Assembly (NCBI GenBank): GCA_965217865.1
Contig: CBDCJO010000002.1
Span: forward strand, 2,944,001 to 3,008,000
From: Candidatus Latescibacterota bacterium
GTDB taxonomy: Bacteria; Latescibacterota; UBA2968; SICM01
DNA length: 64,000 bases
Direction: 5' to 3'
The notes beneath the pieces were generated by a model. It did not search any database. It was not told where the DNA came from and saw only the letters and a program-made list of their open reading frames with translations. Position numbers and translations under genes: made by a program. Shown one piece after another: positions 41,447 through 51,823 of the stretch; the first letter of the stretch is position 1, and each line of letters begins with the position of its first letter.

Positions 41447-42749
41447 AACGCTCGAGGACGACTCGCTTGGGTCAAAAAGAGAAAAAGCCCGAATACGGGC
41501 TTTTGGACAGGGTAGCACCTAAACTTCCAGGGTAAAGCCGGGGCGAACGAGTGCCCCAAGGTTATCCTCGATAATAACGCTCATCGTTCGATCTGAAGAC
41601 CGTTCTATATGTCAACACACGAGACCCGGTCCCTGGGACGTTATCTCGTTTTGGAGACTTTTCCGCGTGAACCCCGGTCCATGAACGGTTTGGATACCGG
41701 TCCCCAGGCCTCCCCACACGACACTGCTGTTTTCCGGACTGTCGATTGTCAAAGGCTTTGACCGAATGGCCAGGTATGATGGCCGAATCTTCTCCCATTT
41801 GGCGGCCTGGGCCTCTCGGGAAGCCGAGGCTTTTTCTTTAAGAAGACTCAGCATAGAAATGATTCCCTCCCTTGTCTTGATTTCCCTCATGGAGAGGACT
41901 TCAAATATCTCTCTGGGTGAGAGTTCGTAGGCATCCTTGCCGCGGATATTGAAACCCTTTCCAGTCAGGTAATTTACGAGCGACTCGCGCTTCAAGTTCT
42001 GTGCAACTCGTTCGTCGTCGACTCCGAAGGCGTCGACGACATCTTCTTTGCTCCGATCATTGACCAGTTCATTGAGTGTTTCCCCTGATTCCCGCATCAC
42101 CTTCCAGGGTGACCACTAACTTCCTCCAGAAGCGGCGATTCGGTCGACTGTTTCCCGGAGTACGACCCTTGTTCGAGCGAGTCGTTGCTCCCTGGAGGAT
42201 GGGGCAGCGGCGTCCTGGCGGGCTCGCTCAAAATCCTCGAGTTCGGTTTCGCGGATGACGGTTTCGTCGAGAGACTCGGGCATGGGTTCGATTTCCATCT
42301 CGGGTTTTGCAGCTTCTGGTTCAACCGGCGGGGTTTCCATGGCCATATCCGGCTCCAGGATCTCCGGGGGTTCTGATGTCAGGAATTCAGGCATTGGAAA
42401 AACGGAGGTCAAATCACCGGTCCTGTTCAACTTCTCTTTTGCCCAGATCGCCCAGATACAGATGCCGACCAGGAAGAGGGCTAAAACGCCTAAAAGCATC
42501 CTCTTTTTCCTGGGCTTTCTCGGGATTAACCTTCCCTCTTCGGCCAATCTCTTTTGTGCCCCGCGGGCAAGGTCGGGGGATCTCCAGATGGGAGAAGATC
42601 CTTTTCGGGTTGGTTCACTGAGGATCTCCGCGGCGGTTGGATCGGATTCCACCCGGCTCCTTTCGGATCTCGTACCCGTCGCCCCGACTGCCCCGGCGGC
42701 GACCATGCTCGCGATTTCCGCCCTTTTTTCGTCCCCAAAGGATGGTTCT

Positions 42750-43215
42750 TCTTCGTCGTCTTCGAAGAGGTTTTCGATGTCTTCGGGTTCGTCCTCAGCG
42801 ACGGCGGCCAGGTCGTCATCCTGGTCGGGTTCTAATTTGTCAGATTCGTCGTCTTCGAAGAGGTTTTCGATGCCCTCCTCGGGTTCGGCCTCAGCGACGG
42901 CGGCCAGGTCGTCATCCTGATCGGGTTCTAATTTTTCGGATTCGTCGTCTTCGAAGAGGTTTTCGATGTCCTCCTCGGGTTCGGCCTCAGCGACGGCGGC
43001 CAGGTCGTCATCCTGATCGGGTTCTAATTTGTCAGATTCGTCGTCTTCGAAGAGGTTTTCGATGTCCTCCTCGGGTTCGGCCTCAGCGACAGCAGCGGCA
43101 AGGTCCCCTTCCTGGTCGGGTTCTAATTTGTCAGATTCGTCGTCCTCGAAGAGGTTTTCGATGTCCTCCTCGGGTTCGGCCTCAGCGACAGCAGCGGTCA
43201 GGTCCCCTTCCTGGT
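42750..43215 (-). repeat. ~5 tandem 96-bp coding repeats (AAVAEAEPEEDIENLFEDDESDKLEPDQDDDL)
   Basis: cggccaggtcgtcatcctg at 42901 and 42997 gives a period of 96. Confidence 0.95.
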
Positions 43216-44537
43216 CAGCATTCTCTTCAAAAGGAGCAGCCGTGTCCACGTCAGGTACAGCTGCCAACGTTGCAATGGGCTCTTCTCCGATCGATTCCGC
43301 GGGGGAAACATCAGGGGGTTGAGCCTCTCCCGCCAGGATTAGTTCCGCTTGACGGACTTTGAGGAGATTTTTAAACTTAATCGGGATCTGAAAATCCACG
43401 TCGATGACACTCATGGGCTGGACGAAATAATCGGAAGCCCCGAGGCGCATGGCCTTCTCGATATTTTCGGTGGAGGTGCTGTTCACCAGGATCGGAATCT
43501 GACTCAGCGATGCGTCGGAAGCCGCTTCTTCAATCAATTCGAAACCGTCCTGCGAAGCGATATCCAGGTTCAACAGGGTGATACCGATATCCCCCTCTCG
43601 GAGTTTATCGAGTGCCTCTTCGCCGTTCTTGGCATCAGTGAAAGCGTATTGTTCTGTTTCAAGGACCCCTTTGAAAAGAGCAAGGTTATCTTCGTTATCA
43701 TCGATGAAAAGGATTCGGGTTTCGGATCTCTTGAAGGTTCCCTGAATCAGGTGATTTCAGATCCCGATTTAGCTCACGGAAATCGTCTATGATGCGATCG
43801 TCCACCAGTTCCTCGACGGGTGTGCCGTCATCCTTCAGGCCTCCCTCAGGGATCGCGGGGGCATACGATTCAGGCTCCTTATCACTATCCAATCCGATTG
43901 TTGGGAGCAGGGCATCGACCGAATCCGCTACTTCCAATTCCTCGATGTCCTCTCCGGAAGCATCGGCTTCTTCCACCTGCTGCTCAGAATCAGGTTCCTG
44001 TTCGGGTGACTCCGATTCCGTAAGGATCGTACCCTCCTGATCTGGAGCCCCATCGTCCAGGACCACTTCGGTACCCTCCGGAAGGGTATCGAACTCTTTT
44101 GCCTCCTCGGATCCTAAGACGTCCCCCTCGATATCGTCCCCGGCTTCCGCCATGGGTTCAACCGGTGCATCGAGCGGTTCGTCCGGCTTCTCCCCTGTTT
44201 CCTCCTCCGCAATCAAGTCGGCCTCGGCTTCCTGGGTATCGACTTGAACGGAAACAGGATCGTCCGCTGTCGTCTCAATGACGGCTTCATCCCCGATTTC
44301 TTCTCCCTCTGGGGTAACATCAGGAACTTGAGCCTCCGAACCCACCTCAGCATCCGATTCCCCTTCTTTCTCCTCCTCCTCCAAGATCGGGTCAGACGCC
44401 TCTCCTTCCCCGGCCCCTTCAGTTTTTGGGGTTTCGGGGGGTGCCAACCCCGGGTCCCCGGACTCCATGAGGGAGATCATCTGGGAGAGTTCCTGGTCAT
44501 CTTCCGACTCTTCCTGGTTTTCTCCGTCTGTACCATC

Positions 44538-44769
44538 GGGAATTATATACTTGACAAAGGCTATTTGCTTTATCCAAAAATGTTGAGTTTTTTGCGAAAG
44601 TCTCGCAGAATGCCCCGTCCCTTGGCCGGAGATCGTCCGATTCGAGCGATTTCTTTACCTGATTTTTGATGTCCTGTTTCTATATTTGTCGGCATGGGGA
44701 CTGCCAACAGATTGTTTGAGTAGACAGAGCCTTCATCACTATCATGACTTTATCAAGTATATAATCACC
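44538..44769. mobile_element. 232-bp MITE copy 2 with 8-bp target-site duplication
   Basis: GTACCATC at 44530-44537 and 44770-44777; TIRs GGGAATTATATACTTGACAAAG / CTTTATCAAGTATATAATCACC. Confidence 0.95.
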
Positions 44770-45126
44770 GTACCATCCTCCTGGAAGGTAGCAAGAAAGG
44801 AGTCCAGATCCTGGTTTTCTTCATCGGGTTTGGACTGTCCGTCGACTGTTCCCTTCCCTTTTTCAGCTTCTTCCTGGCTCGATGTCACGTCGTCCCGATT
44901 ATTTTGACTAGGTTGCTCGGCCACGTCTGATCACCTCAATCCCGATTCTTCATAAGGGCATTAATCGCCTGATCCAAAATTAGGCAATCCCAGGTTATGG
45001 ATCGTAATCTCGACCGCAAACCCTAAAGCCCGATTTCGGAATGACTTACCTCACCGAAAGATATATCGGCGTTTTTTGATAAGAACTTGAGTAATGAGAT
45101 TTTAGACATCCCTCCTCAAAGGATTT

Positions 45127-46737
45127 TCAACCTGGGCGATCTAAATGATTATCCGGTGAGCTCGACCCCGTACCCCCGTCTTTTTTTGCGTTATGGTCAC
45201 GTCCCAGGAATGTATTTCCCCACGCGGAGGTCCCTCGGAGAGATCCGTCCCGGAAAACCGGGGGTCGGCGGAGCATCTTTTCTTCCTCTCCATAGGCCTT
45301 GAGTCGGTCATATGCAAGGGCCCATATGCACTCCTTTTCACCCACTTCACACGTTCCCTGTCGCGTTCCCCCGCATGGTCCGTTACGCTGGTTTTTCGCG
45401 CACTGGGATTCCGGGCAGAGGTAAGCGATATCGGGAAGTGAACAGTCCCCGCAATCCCGGCAGTCGAATGCTATGGCTTTTGCGGCATATTCGGCCGCGT
45501 GTGTGATGGCTTTTAAGCGTTTTCCTCCGTTTTCGATCTTTGTGAAGACACGTTTTCCGATCCGAAAGCCCAGCGAGTCTTTTTCGAATACGCGGTGGTG
45601 GAAAAACCGGTTGAACTTATATCCTTTCGGGATCTTAGATCGAGCGGCCTTCAGCGAGGTCTCCTTCTTGGATGCCAGATAGGTGCGATTGATCTGAGTC
45701 GAATTCAGGCCGGTCCGGTTGTCGGGTTCAAAATAGTAAAATTCCCCGGGCTGAGGGAAGGAAATATCCTTCGCAAAAATTCTCCAATCCTCCGGACCGA
45801 ACGATTCTTCGATCTCCATAATTTTCCGATAGTCTCTGAAAGCAAGGTGCCCTCCCAGATAGACCCCCCGATATCCGATGCCTCGTGCGATGGCGATCTG
45901 TTTTGCCGCGAATTCCAAGAAGAATCCCTTACCCTTATCCCGGGAGGCCCCCTGTTTTTCGACAAGTTCCATGAGTTTTGGGCTCACGATGCATCCGGGG
46001 ATCGCGCCCTGGTGGAAGAACCGGGCTGCGACCCGGCTCAGGACATAGACATTGGCGATGACCGGAACACTCATCCCCTTGAGCGCCATATATTGCAGGA
46101 GTTCATCCAATTTGCGGGAATCAAAGCCGATTTGGGTAATCACAAACGCGGCACCGCTGGCGATTTTTCGTTCGAGCTTAAAATACTGAGGCATTAATTC
46201 CCGTTCGTGCAGTTTAAACGGGGAAACCACGGTGCCGAGGAAAAAATTGGTCCGGTCGAGAAGCTCCACACTTCCCCGTTTGGGGCCTTCGACCCGCATG
46301 CCCCGGTTCATTTCACTGAGCATCTCGAGCAAGCCGACCGAATCGATGTCGAAAACCGGTGCAGAATCGCCCTGGTATCCCCCTATGGGGTAGTCGCCCG
46401 ACAGGGTGAGGATGTTGTTGAAACCGGCGCTGGCCAACGTCCACGCCCGGCTCTGCAAGGCGTTTCTGCTCCAATCTTTACAAGATAGATGAATGATGAT
46501 CTCCTGACCGCGGGAGATCAGATCCGTCCCCAGAGTGTCGGGGCTCAACATGGCGTTTCCGCCGGGGTTGTCCGTGATGCTGAGGGCGTGGATCCGGTCG
46601 TATTCGACGAGACGACGGGCCAATTCTAGGACCTTTTTCCCCCTTTTTTCCAGAATGATCCCCCGGGTGGTCACCAGTTCAACGCAAAACACGAAGGTGT
46701 CGGTCCGGGTCAAGTGCTCTTTAAAAGAAAGGTCCAT
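45127..46737 (-). CDS. metF: Methylenetetrahydrofolate reductase with fused C-terminal Cys-rich MetV-like domain
   Basis: ITDNPGG, HLSCKD, LSGDYP, KIASGAAFVITQ; CRDCGDC, CPESQCAKNQRNGPCGG, CEV, CIW. Confidence 0.9.
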   Translation of the reverse strand: MDLSFKEHLTRTDTFVFCVELVTTRGIILEKRGKKVLELARRLVEYDRIHALSITDNPGGNAMLSPDTLGTDLISRGQEIIIHLSCKDWSRNALQSRAWTLASAGFNNILTLSGDYPIGGYQGDSAPVFDIDSVGLLEMLSEMNRGMRVEGPKRGSVELLDRTNFFLGTVVSPFKLHERELMPQYFKLERKIASGAAFVITQIGFDSRKLDELLQYMALKGMSVPVIANVYVLSRVAARFFHQGAIPGCIVSPKLMELVEKQGASRDKGKGFFLEFAAKQIAIARGIGYRGVYLGGHLAFRDYRKIMEIEESFGPEDWRIFAKDISFPQPGEFYYFEPDNRTGLNSTQINRTYLASKKETSLKAARSKIPKGYKFNRFFHHRVFEKDSLGFRIGKRVFTKIENGGKRLKAITHAAEYAAKAIAFDCRDCGDCSLPDIAYLCPESQCAKNQRNGPCGGTRQGTCEVGEKECIWALAYDRLKAYGEEEKMLRRPPVFRDGSLRGTSAWGNTFLGRDHNAKKDGGTGSSSPDNHLDRPG

Positions 46738-46770
46738 CTGGATTCCCCAGGCAGGATAAACAGTATCAAA

Positions 46771-48384
46771 TCATTTGAACATCGGCTTGAACATGCATCC
46801 CTCGACAAACACGTCAAAAAAATCAGGCGTGGTCTCCAATTCCACGTGCTGAATTCGGCCGACCAGGCGTTCAACCCCCTCCCTCTTAACTTTCGACAAA
46901 AGCATCGCGGTAGCTCCCTCGACGGAGGTGTTGCCAACCTTTTCGACCTTTTCCTCAAGAAAGTTTGGGATAAAGCCGATCCGCATGGCGTTCCTCAAAT
47001 CTATGAAGTTTGCAAAACCCCCTGCCAGGTAGAGTTTATCGATCCCTTCAAGGCCGACGTCATAGTTCCTCATAACGATCCGTTGCCCGCAATAGTTAGC
47101 GGCCTTGGCTTGGGCGAGGTTGCTCACATCCTCTCTCGAAAAGGTAATTCTCCGCTCCGGGTCAACTACAAATTTGTCCATATCGTCCGGGAAGGCACCC
47201 AGTTCATTCATTTTATCGTTGTTTACAAGCTCGGCCAACAGGTCGATCAAACCCGACCCGCAGATGCCTTCAGGGGGTCGATCACCGATGGTCCGATAGC
47301 GGACACTGCCGTTGCTCAGGGATATCGACTGAATGGCCCCATCATATCCCGGCATGCCGAAGGTAATCAAGCCTCCTTCAAAGGCTGGTCCGGCGGGACA
47401 GGAGGCGGCCATCATATGGTCCGAATTTCCGATGACGACCTCAGTGTTAGTCCCGATGTCCACGAGCATGACGATGTCTTTCTCCCGATCCATTCCCACA
47501 GCAAGGAGATCAGCGGCAACATCCGCCCCAACGTGACATCCGATCAGGGGGCCGCTGTAGACATTCGCCTTCGGATGGATGCGGAGGCCCAGGGCTCGAG
47601 CTGTTGTGGTCAGGGTGGTAGAAGTCCTTTTTCCCTCGTCCATTTCGTGTTCAACGATCGACTTGTAGGGTTTCTCTCCGATCGTCTGCACGTCCAGGTT
47701 GAAGAAGATATCCCTCATTGTTGCATTTCCGACAACGACGGCTTCATAGATCTCACCACGAGGGATTCGAACTTTTCGACACATCTCCCGGATTTCGTAG
47801 TTCAGACCGCTGATGATCGCCTGATGTAACTCTCCCCTATAGATCCCGGAGTCGTAGGAGATGCGGTGCATGATATCGCTGCCACCAAAGCGCTGGGGAT
47901 TTTCGAAAGAGCTGGTGTAGAGATGGGTCCCGTTCTCCAGGTCCAAAAGGTTCATGACGACAGTCGTCGTCCCAACATCTATCGCTAGTCCAAAGATCCC
48001 GTCCCGGTAGTGGTCGATATCCCGTTCTGCACATATCACCCGATCGCCTTGCCTTTTGACATTGGGATCGAGTTCAATACCCCTCTTTGTCCCCGCGGAA
48101 AGGATTTGGGGATTGCGTCGAAGGACGGAAAAATGGATGTCGCAATCCGTCGAGGTTACTGTGGCCTGGCAGGCCAACCGATACGGCTGCTGGAGAAACC
48201 GCTCCGCTTCGCTCGGCGGGGAGATATTCTCCCCCCCAGATGTCACTTCGACGATGCATTCGTGACATTGTCCGGTCCGGCCGCACGAGGTGGGAACCTT
48301 TATCTGCAGGTCGTCCGCATAGTCAAAGAGGGTTTTTCCTGCAGTAAGTTCGGCCTTTTGGTTTCCGTGAGAAATCGTCGCCAT
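46771..48384 (-). CDS. ASKHA-type reductive activator of corrinoid proteins (RACo/AcsV) with N-terminal 2Fe-2S domain
   Basis: SCGRTGQCHEC...RLACQ; AIDVGTTT, NPQRFGGSDIMHRI, VDIGTNTE, PAGPAFEG, GICGSG, LAGGF. Confidence 0.93.
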   Translation of the reverse strand: MATISHGNQKAELTAGKTLFDYADDLQIKVPTSCGRTGQCHECIVEVTSGGENISPPSEAERFLQQPYRLACQATVTSTDCDIHFSVLRRNPQILSAGTKRGIELDPNVKRQGDRVICAERDIDHYRDGIFGLAIDVGTTTVVMNLLDLENGTHLYTSSFENPQRFGGSDIMHRISYDSGIYRGELHQAIISGLNYEIREMCRKVRIPRGEIYEAVVVGNATMRDIFFNLDVQTIGEKPYKSIVEHEMDEGKRTSTTLTTTARALGLRIHPKANVYSGPLIGCHVGADVAADLLAVGMDREKDIVMLVDIGTNTEVVIGNSDHMMAASCPAGPAFEGGLITFGMPGYDGAIQSISLSNGSVRYRTIGDRPPEGICGSGLIDLLAELVNNDKMNELGAFPDDMDKFVVDPERRITFSREDVSNLAQAKAANYCGQRIVMRNYDVGLEGIDKLYLAGGFANFIDLRNAMRIGFIPNFLEEKVEKVGNTSVEGATAMLLSKVKREGVERLVGRIQHVELETTPDFFDVFVEGCMFKPMFK

Positions 48385-48520
48385 CGTTTCCTGGTGCGTT
48401 TCCAGCCTTTCTCTAAAGCGAAAAAAAGAAGGGCACCTCTCAAACACCGGGGAGACCCGGATATTTCAGGATCTGGTGCCCTGGATCTGTGCCTTTTTTC
48501 ACGAAAAGCGAATGAGAGAA

Positions 48521-48817
48521 CTAAACGGTGGGAGCACTCGAGGGTCGGTCGCGATCGGAGGGATCGATTTGCGGGGAATCGACCTCCCAGGCACTCCGGT
48601 AGTTCAGGTTATCGTCGCTGCTACAGACCTTCAGTTCGTCCGGTTCAGCGGGTGGACGCTGATACCGACATTTGAAGTGGGCGGTGCAACGGTCCTCGGC
48701 ATTTTTATAAGGACAGCGAAGAAGGGAGTCCTCGTCTGCTTGTGTGACGATCTCGGCCAGGATCTCGTTAAGCATTTCCAGGCTTCGGTTGTGTCGAGCC
48801 TTATCTTGTCCCGCCAT
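48521..48817 (-). CDS. Small 4-Cys hypothetical protein
   Basis: Starts 4 nt after the corrinoid gene stop; RCPYKNAEDRCTAHFKCRYQ...VC. Confidence 0.7.
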   Translation of the reverse strand: MAGQDKARHNRSLEMLNEILAEIVTQADEDSLLRCPYKNAEDRCTAHFKCRYQRPPAEPDELKVCSSDDNLNYRSAWEVDSPQIDPSDRDRPSSAPTV

Positions 48818-48821
48818 CTTT

Positions 48822-49574
48822 TTACGCCTCCGCGGGGACGTCCCTCTCTTCCATGAACGCTTTGGCTTTGGCTACGCACTCCAGGGCGTCCTTCCCGTAA
48901 GCGTCGGCGCCCATCTCGTCAGCAAACTCCTGCGTCACCGGCGCGCCGCCGACCATGATTTTTACGTCGTCCCGGAGTTCCTCGTCGATGAAGGCCTGAA
49001 TGGTTTTTCCCATGTTCGGCATTGTGGTGGTCAGGAGCGCGGACATTCCCATGATCGGGGCTCCGGTGTCCTCGATGGCCGCGATGAACTCATCGGGCTT
49101 GGTATCGACGCCGAGATCGATCACTTCGAAACCGGCTCCGCGCAGCATCATGATGCACAGGTTTTTCCCGATATCGTGAAGATCACCCTTTACCGTGCCC
49201 ATGACGACCTTTCCCAGGGGTTCGATTCCGGACGCGGACAGGATTGGATCGATGTGGGCCATGCCGGCCTTCATCGCCCGGGCGGCAACAAGCACCTCGG
49301 GGACGAAGATGATGTTATCCCGAAACTTCACCCCTACGATGCCCATGCCGGAGATCAGACCCTCATCCAGCACATCCTGGGCATCCACCCCCTCGTCGAG
49401 GGCCTGCTTGGTCAACCGGTTCACGTCGTCTTGTTTCCCCTTGATCAGACTATAGGCGATGTCCTGCATCAGTGGAGAGACCCCGCTGAACAATTCGGCG
49501 AACTTTTCTTTCTCGTCCGGCCTGTCGACGTATTTATCGATCTCCTGCTGAATACCTTCGTTCGTAATCGGCAT
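48822..49574 (-). CDS. Stand-alone corrinoid (B12-binding) protein, cap plus Rossmann domain
   Basis: GLISGM..VG..F...IFVPEVL; [13 protein letters not shown] (DxHxxG); SALLTTTM; VGGAP. Confidence 0.95.
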   Translation of the reverse strand: MPITNEGIQQEIDKYVDRPDEKEKFAELFSGVSPLMQDIAYSLIKGKQDDVNRLTKQALDEGVDAQDVLDEGLISGMGIVGVKFRDNIIFVPEVLVAARAMKAGMAHIDPILSASGIEPLGKVVMGTVKGDLHDIGKNLCIMMLRGAGFEVIDLGVDTKPDEFIAAIEDTGAPIMGMSALLTTTMPNMGKTIQAFIDEELRDDVKIMVGGAPVTQEFADEMGADAYGKDALECVAKAKAFMEERDVPAEA

Positions 49575-49601
49575 CGTTCACTCCATAATAGCGTTCAGGG
49601 C

Positions 49602-50480
49602 TTATCCACGCAGCACGTTTGCGATCTCGCGGATGTGGGAAGGGGTGGTTCCGCAGCAACCCCCAACGATCGTGGCGCCGGCATCGACGAGGGTCCGGAA
49701 GTGCGGGGCCATCCATTCAGGTGTTTCCGGGTAGATGATCTGTCCTTTCCGGATGACCGGAATTCCGGCGTTGGCGTGGATCAGGATGGGGGCGTCAGCT
49801 ATCTTACGCATCTCCCGGACTAACTCTATCTGATAGAGGATGCCGTTGCCACAGTTCGAGCCCACCACATCCGCGCCTGCTTCGAGCAGACCCTGGACGG
49901 CGGCCTCCGGGGTCACACCCATCATTGTGAAGTTTCCCCGGGGACCTTTGTCAAAGGTCATGGTCGCCATGGCCACGCAATCGGTATGCTCTTTCGTTGC
50001 CCTGACAACCAGGCAAGCTTCCTCGAGGGATGTCATCGTCTCGGCACAGATGGCGTCGGCACCCCCTTCTCCCAGAGAAGTCACCTGCCTGACGAATCCC
50101 CGATACATTTCCTCTTCGCTTACCTCGCCGAGCGGTTCCAAAAACTCACCCGTTGGTCCGACGGAGCCGATGACGTAGTGTTCGGAGGGGGCCGCATCCC
50201 GGACGTGCCGTGCGGCGAGTCGGTTCAAATCTTCAAGCCGGGCTTCGTGGTTGTACTTTTTGAGCATGAACGGGTTGCCGCCGAAGGAGTTGGTCTCCAT
50301 CATATCGGCCCCGGCAGCGAAATATTCGGCGGCCATATTCTGAATGGTTTCGGGATGGGAGAGGTTCCACTCCTCGGGGCACCCCCCCGGCTCCAGGCCG
50401 CTGACCTGAAGGTAGGTTCCGGTCGCGCCATCCGAGATCAGGATTTCGCCCGTATTTATCCGGTCAAGAAGAGATGCCAT
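49602..50480 (-). CDS. Stand-alone homocysteine S-methyltransferase domain
   Basis: [39 protein letters not shown] (Zn ligands). Confidence 0.93.
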   Translation of the reverse strand: MASLLDRINTGEILISDGATGTYLQVSGLEPGGCPEEWNLSHPETIQNMAAEYFAAGADMMETNSFGGNPFMLKKYNHEARLEDLNRLAARHVRDAAPSEHYVIGSVGPTGEFLEPLGEVSEEEMYRGFVRQVTSLGEGGADAICAETMTSLEEACLVVRATKEHTDCVAMATMTFDKGPRGNFTMMGVTPEAAVQGLLEAGADVVGSNCGNGILYQIELVREMRKIADAPILIHANAGIPVIRKGQIIYPETPEWMAPHFRTLVDAGATIVGGCCGTTPSHIREIANVLRG

Positions 50481-50489
50481 GCCAGTCTT

Positions 50490-51527
50490 TCAATTGGCGT
50501 GCTCTGCGTGCCAGTCTTTGACCGCCTTCGGTATCTCGACCAGGTTTTCCAGACGGGTTCTAAGGGGGATGGCGCATTCAGGGGCCACCAACTCCACGCC
50601 TGCATCGAGACATCGATCCACCTCTTTCCTCACATGTTCTGGATTTCGGGCGTAGAGGGTCTCCGGGTTATTCACGTTGCCCACGAGGGAGATTTTACCA
50701 TCGGTGATCTCGTGCGCCTCCCGAGGATCGTTCTTCGAGTCGAAGTGGAAGCATTCCATTCCCGTGCTGGCGATATAGCCCATCCGGTCGAGGGTGTTTC
50801 CACAGATGTGGAGAATAATCGGACATTTGATCCTATCGTGGAATTCCACGTGCAGGTCCTGGAGATAATCCCTGTAGTACTCGCCGCTCACCAGATCGCC
50901 GGTGGCGTGGTCCGGGAGGGTAAGGGCATCGGCCCCCGCCTCGATCTGTGCGTTCCCGAAGGCGATCGTCGATTCCTTCATCCGGTCCAGGCAGAGCTTG
51001 GTCCGGTCGGGATCGTCGTAGGACATCAGGAGAAAAGGCTCCACGCCGAAGCAATGATAGCCGAGGGACCAGGGCCCCATGGTCTTTCCGATGATGGCAA
51101 CCTGGTCCCCGTAATCGCGTTTGAGGATGCGGATGGCCTCGAGGACGCACTTTGTGTCGTTATGGGTCAGGAGATCCTTGGGGATCTTGATATCGTCGGG
51201 TTCTTTCCAAATCGGGTTGTTCATCCGGACCGTGGGCCAGTTGTCCTTTTCCTCCCACTGGATTTCACAGCCCAGGGCGGAGGACTCCTGGATGATCGTG
51301 AAGACGGGCATGATGCTGTCGAAGCCGAGTTCAGTATATCCCGTGGCCGCCAGACGGGCCATCTTTTCCGGGTCCCGGTTTGCATCGGGGAACGGGGCTT
51401 CAACCATGTCCATCAGTTCAACAGTGGCCACCGAGGTTGGATTTGAGCAGGGCGTTCTGTCCACCGGTTGCCGGTTGAGAGCGGCCAATACACGATCGCG
51501 AGGTTTCATGGTCTCAGTAAAGGGCAT
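50490..51527 (-). CDS. MtaA/CmuA-family (URO-D fold) methylcobamide methyltransferase
   Basis: MKPRDRVLAAL, GPWSL, AQIEAGAD, ILHICG (HxC), VGNVNN, APECAIP. Confidence 0.92.
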   Translation of the reverse strand: MPFTETMKPRDRVLAALNRQPVDRTPCSNPTSVATVELMDMVEAPFPDANRDPEKMARLAATGYTELGFDSIMPVFTIIQESSALGCEIQWEEKDNWPTVRMNNPIWKEPDDIKIPKDLLTHNDTKCVLEAIRILKRDYGDQVAIIGKTMGPWSLGYHCFGVEPFLLMSYDDPDRTKLCLDRMKESTIAFGNAQIEAGADALTLPDHATGDLVSGEYYRDYLQDLHVEFHDRIKCPIILHICGNTLDRMGYIASTGMECFHFDSKNDPREAHEITDGKISLVGNVNNPETLYARNPEHVRKEVDRCLDAGVELVAPECAIPLRTRLENLVEIPKAVKDWHAEHAN

Positions 51528-51823
51528 CCCATCATCTCCGGTTAAAAAGGGTCCGCAGGTCCCTTCGGGAAGGGTTATCTAGAGGTAAGGAAGAAGATAA
51601 CAATATTTTAACCAGATTTCAAGGCACATGTCGTATGAAAAAAAGGCCGATTTGATGATATTTGATCTTCGTGATAAGTTTTGGTATATTCAATTGGATG
51701 GAGTAAAAACGTCTAAATCGAATGAATTAAACCGGATTCCATCTCCTGAACGCCTCCTTTCTCGATTTAAAAGGGTCCGGAATTATCATTCAGTGCCCAC
51801 TTCAAGCTCCAATTCAGGAAAAT

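Larger units (their letters stand above)
41612..44924 (-). pseudogene. Disrupted ~1000-codon gene: acidic region, pseudo-receiver, acidic repeats, TM helix, C-terminal domain
   Basis: MITE insertion with TSD at 44530-44777; frameshift near 43720-43750; in-frame TAG at 42116-42118; flanking frames join when these are repaired. Confidence 0.8.

Noticed and set aside
42750-43215. Regular repeats as a possible CRISPR array
   Set aside because: 96-bp in-frame coding repeats without unique spacers; no cas genes.
49986-51446. Long antisense ORFs (also 14536-15642, 46714-47829, 48744-49823, 62805-63944)
   Set aside because: Shadows of well-supported genes on the opposite strand; no recognisable motifs.
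51528-51823. Cobalamin or SAM riboswitch upstream of the methyltransferase cassette
   Set aside because: No B12-box or S-box consensus recognised by eye; an Rfam scan would settle it.
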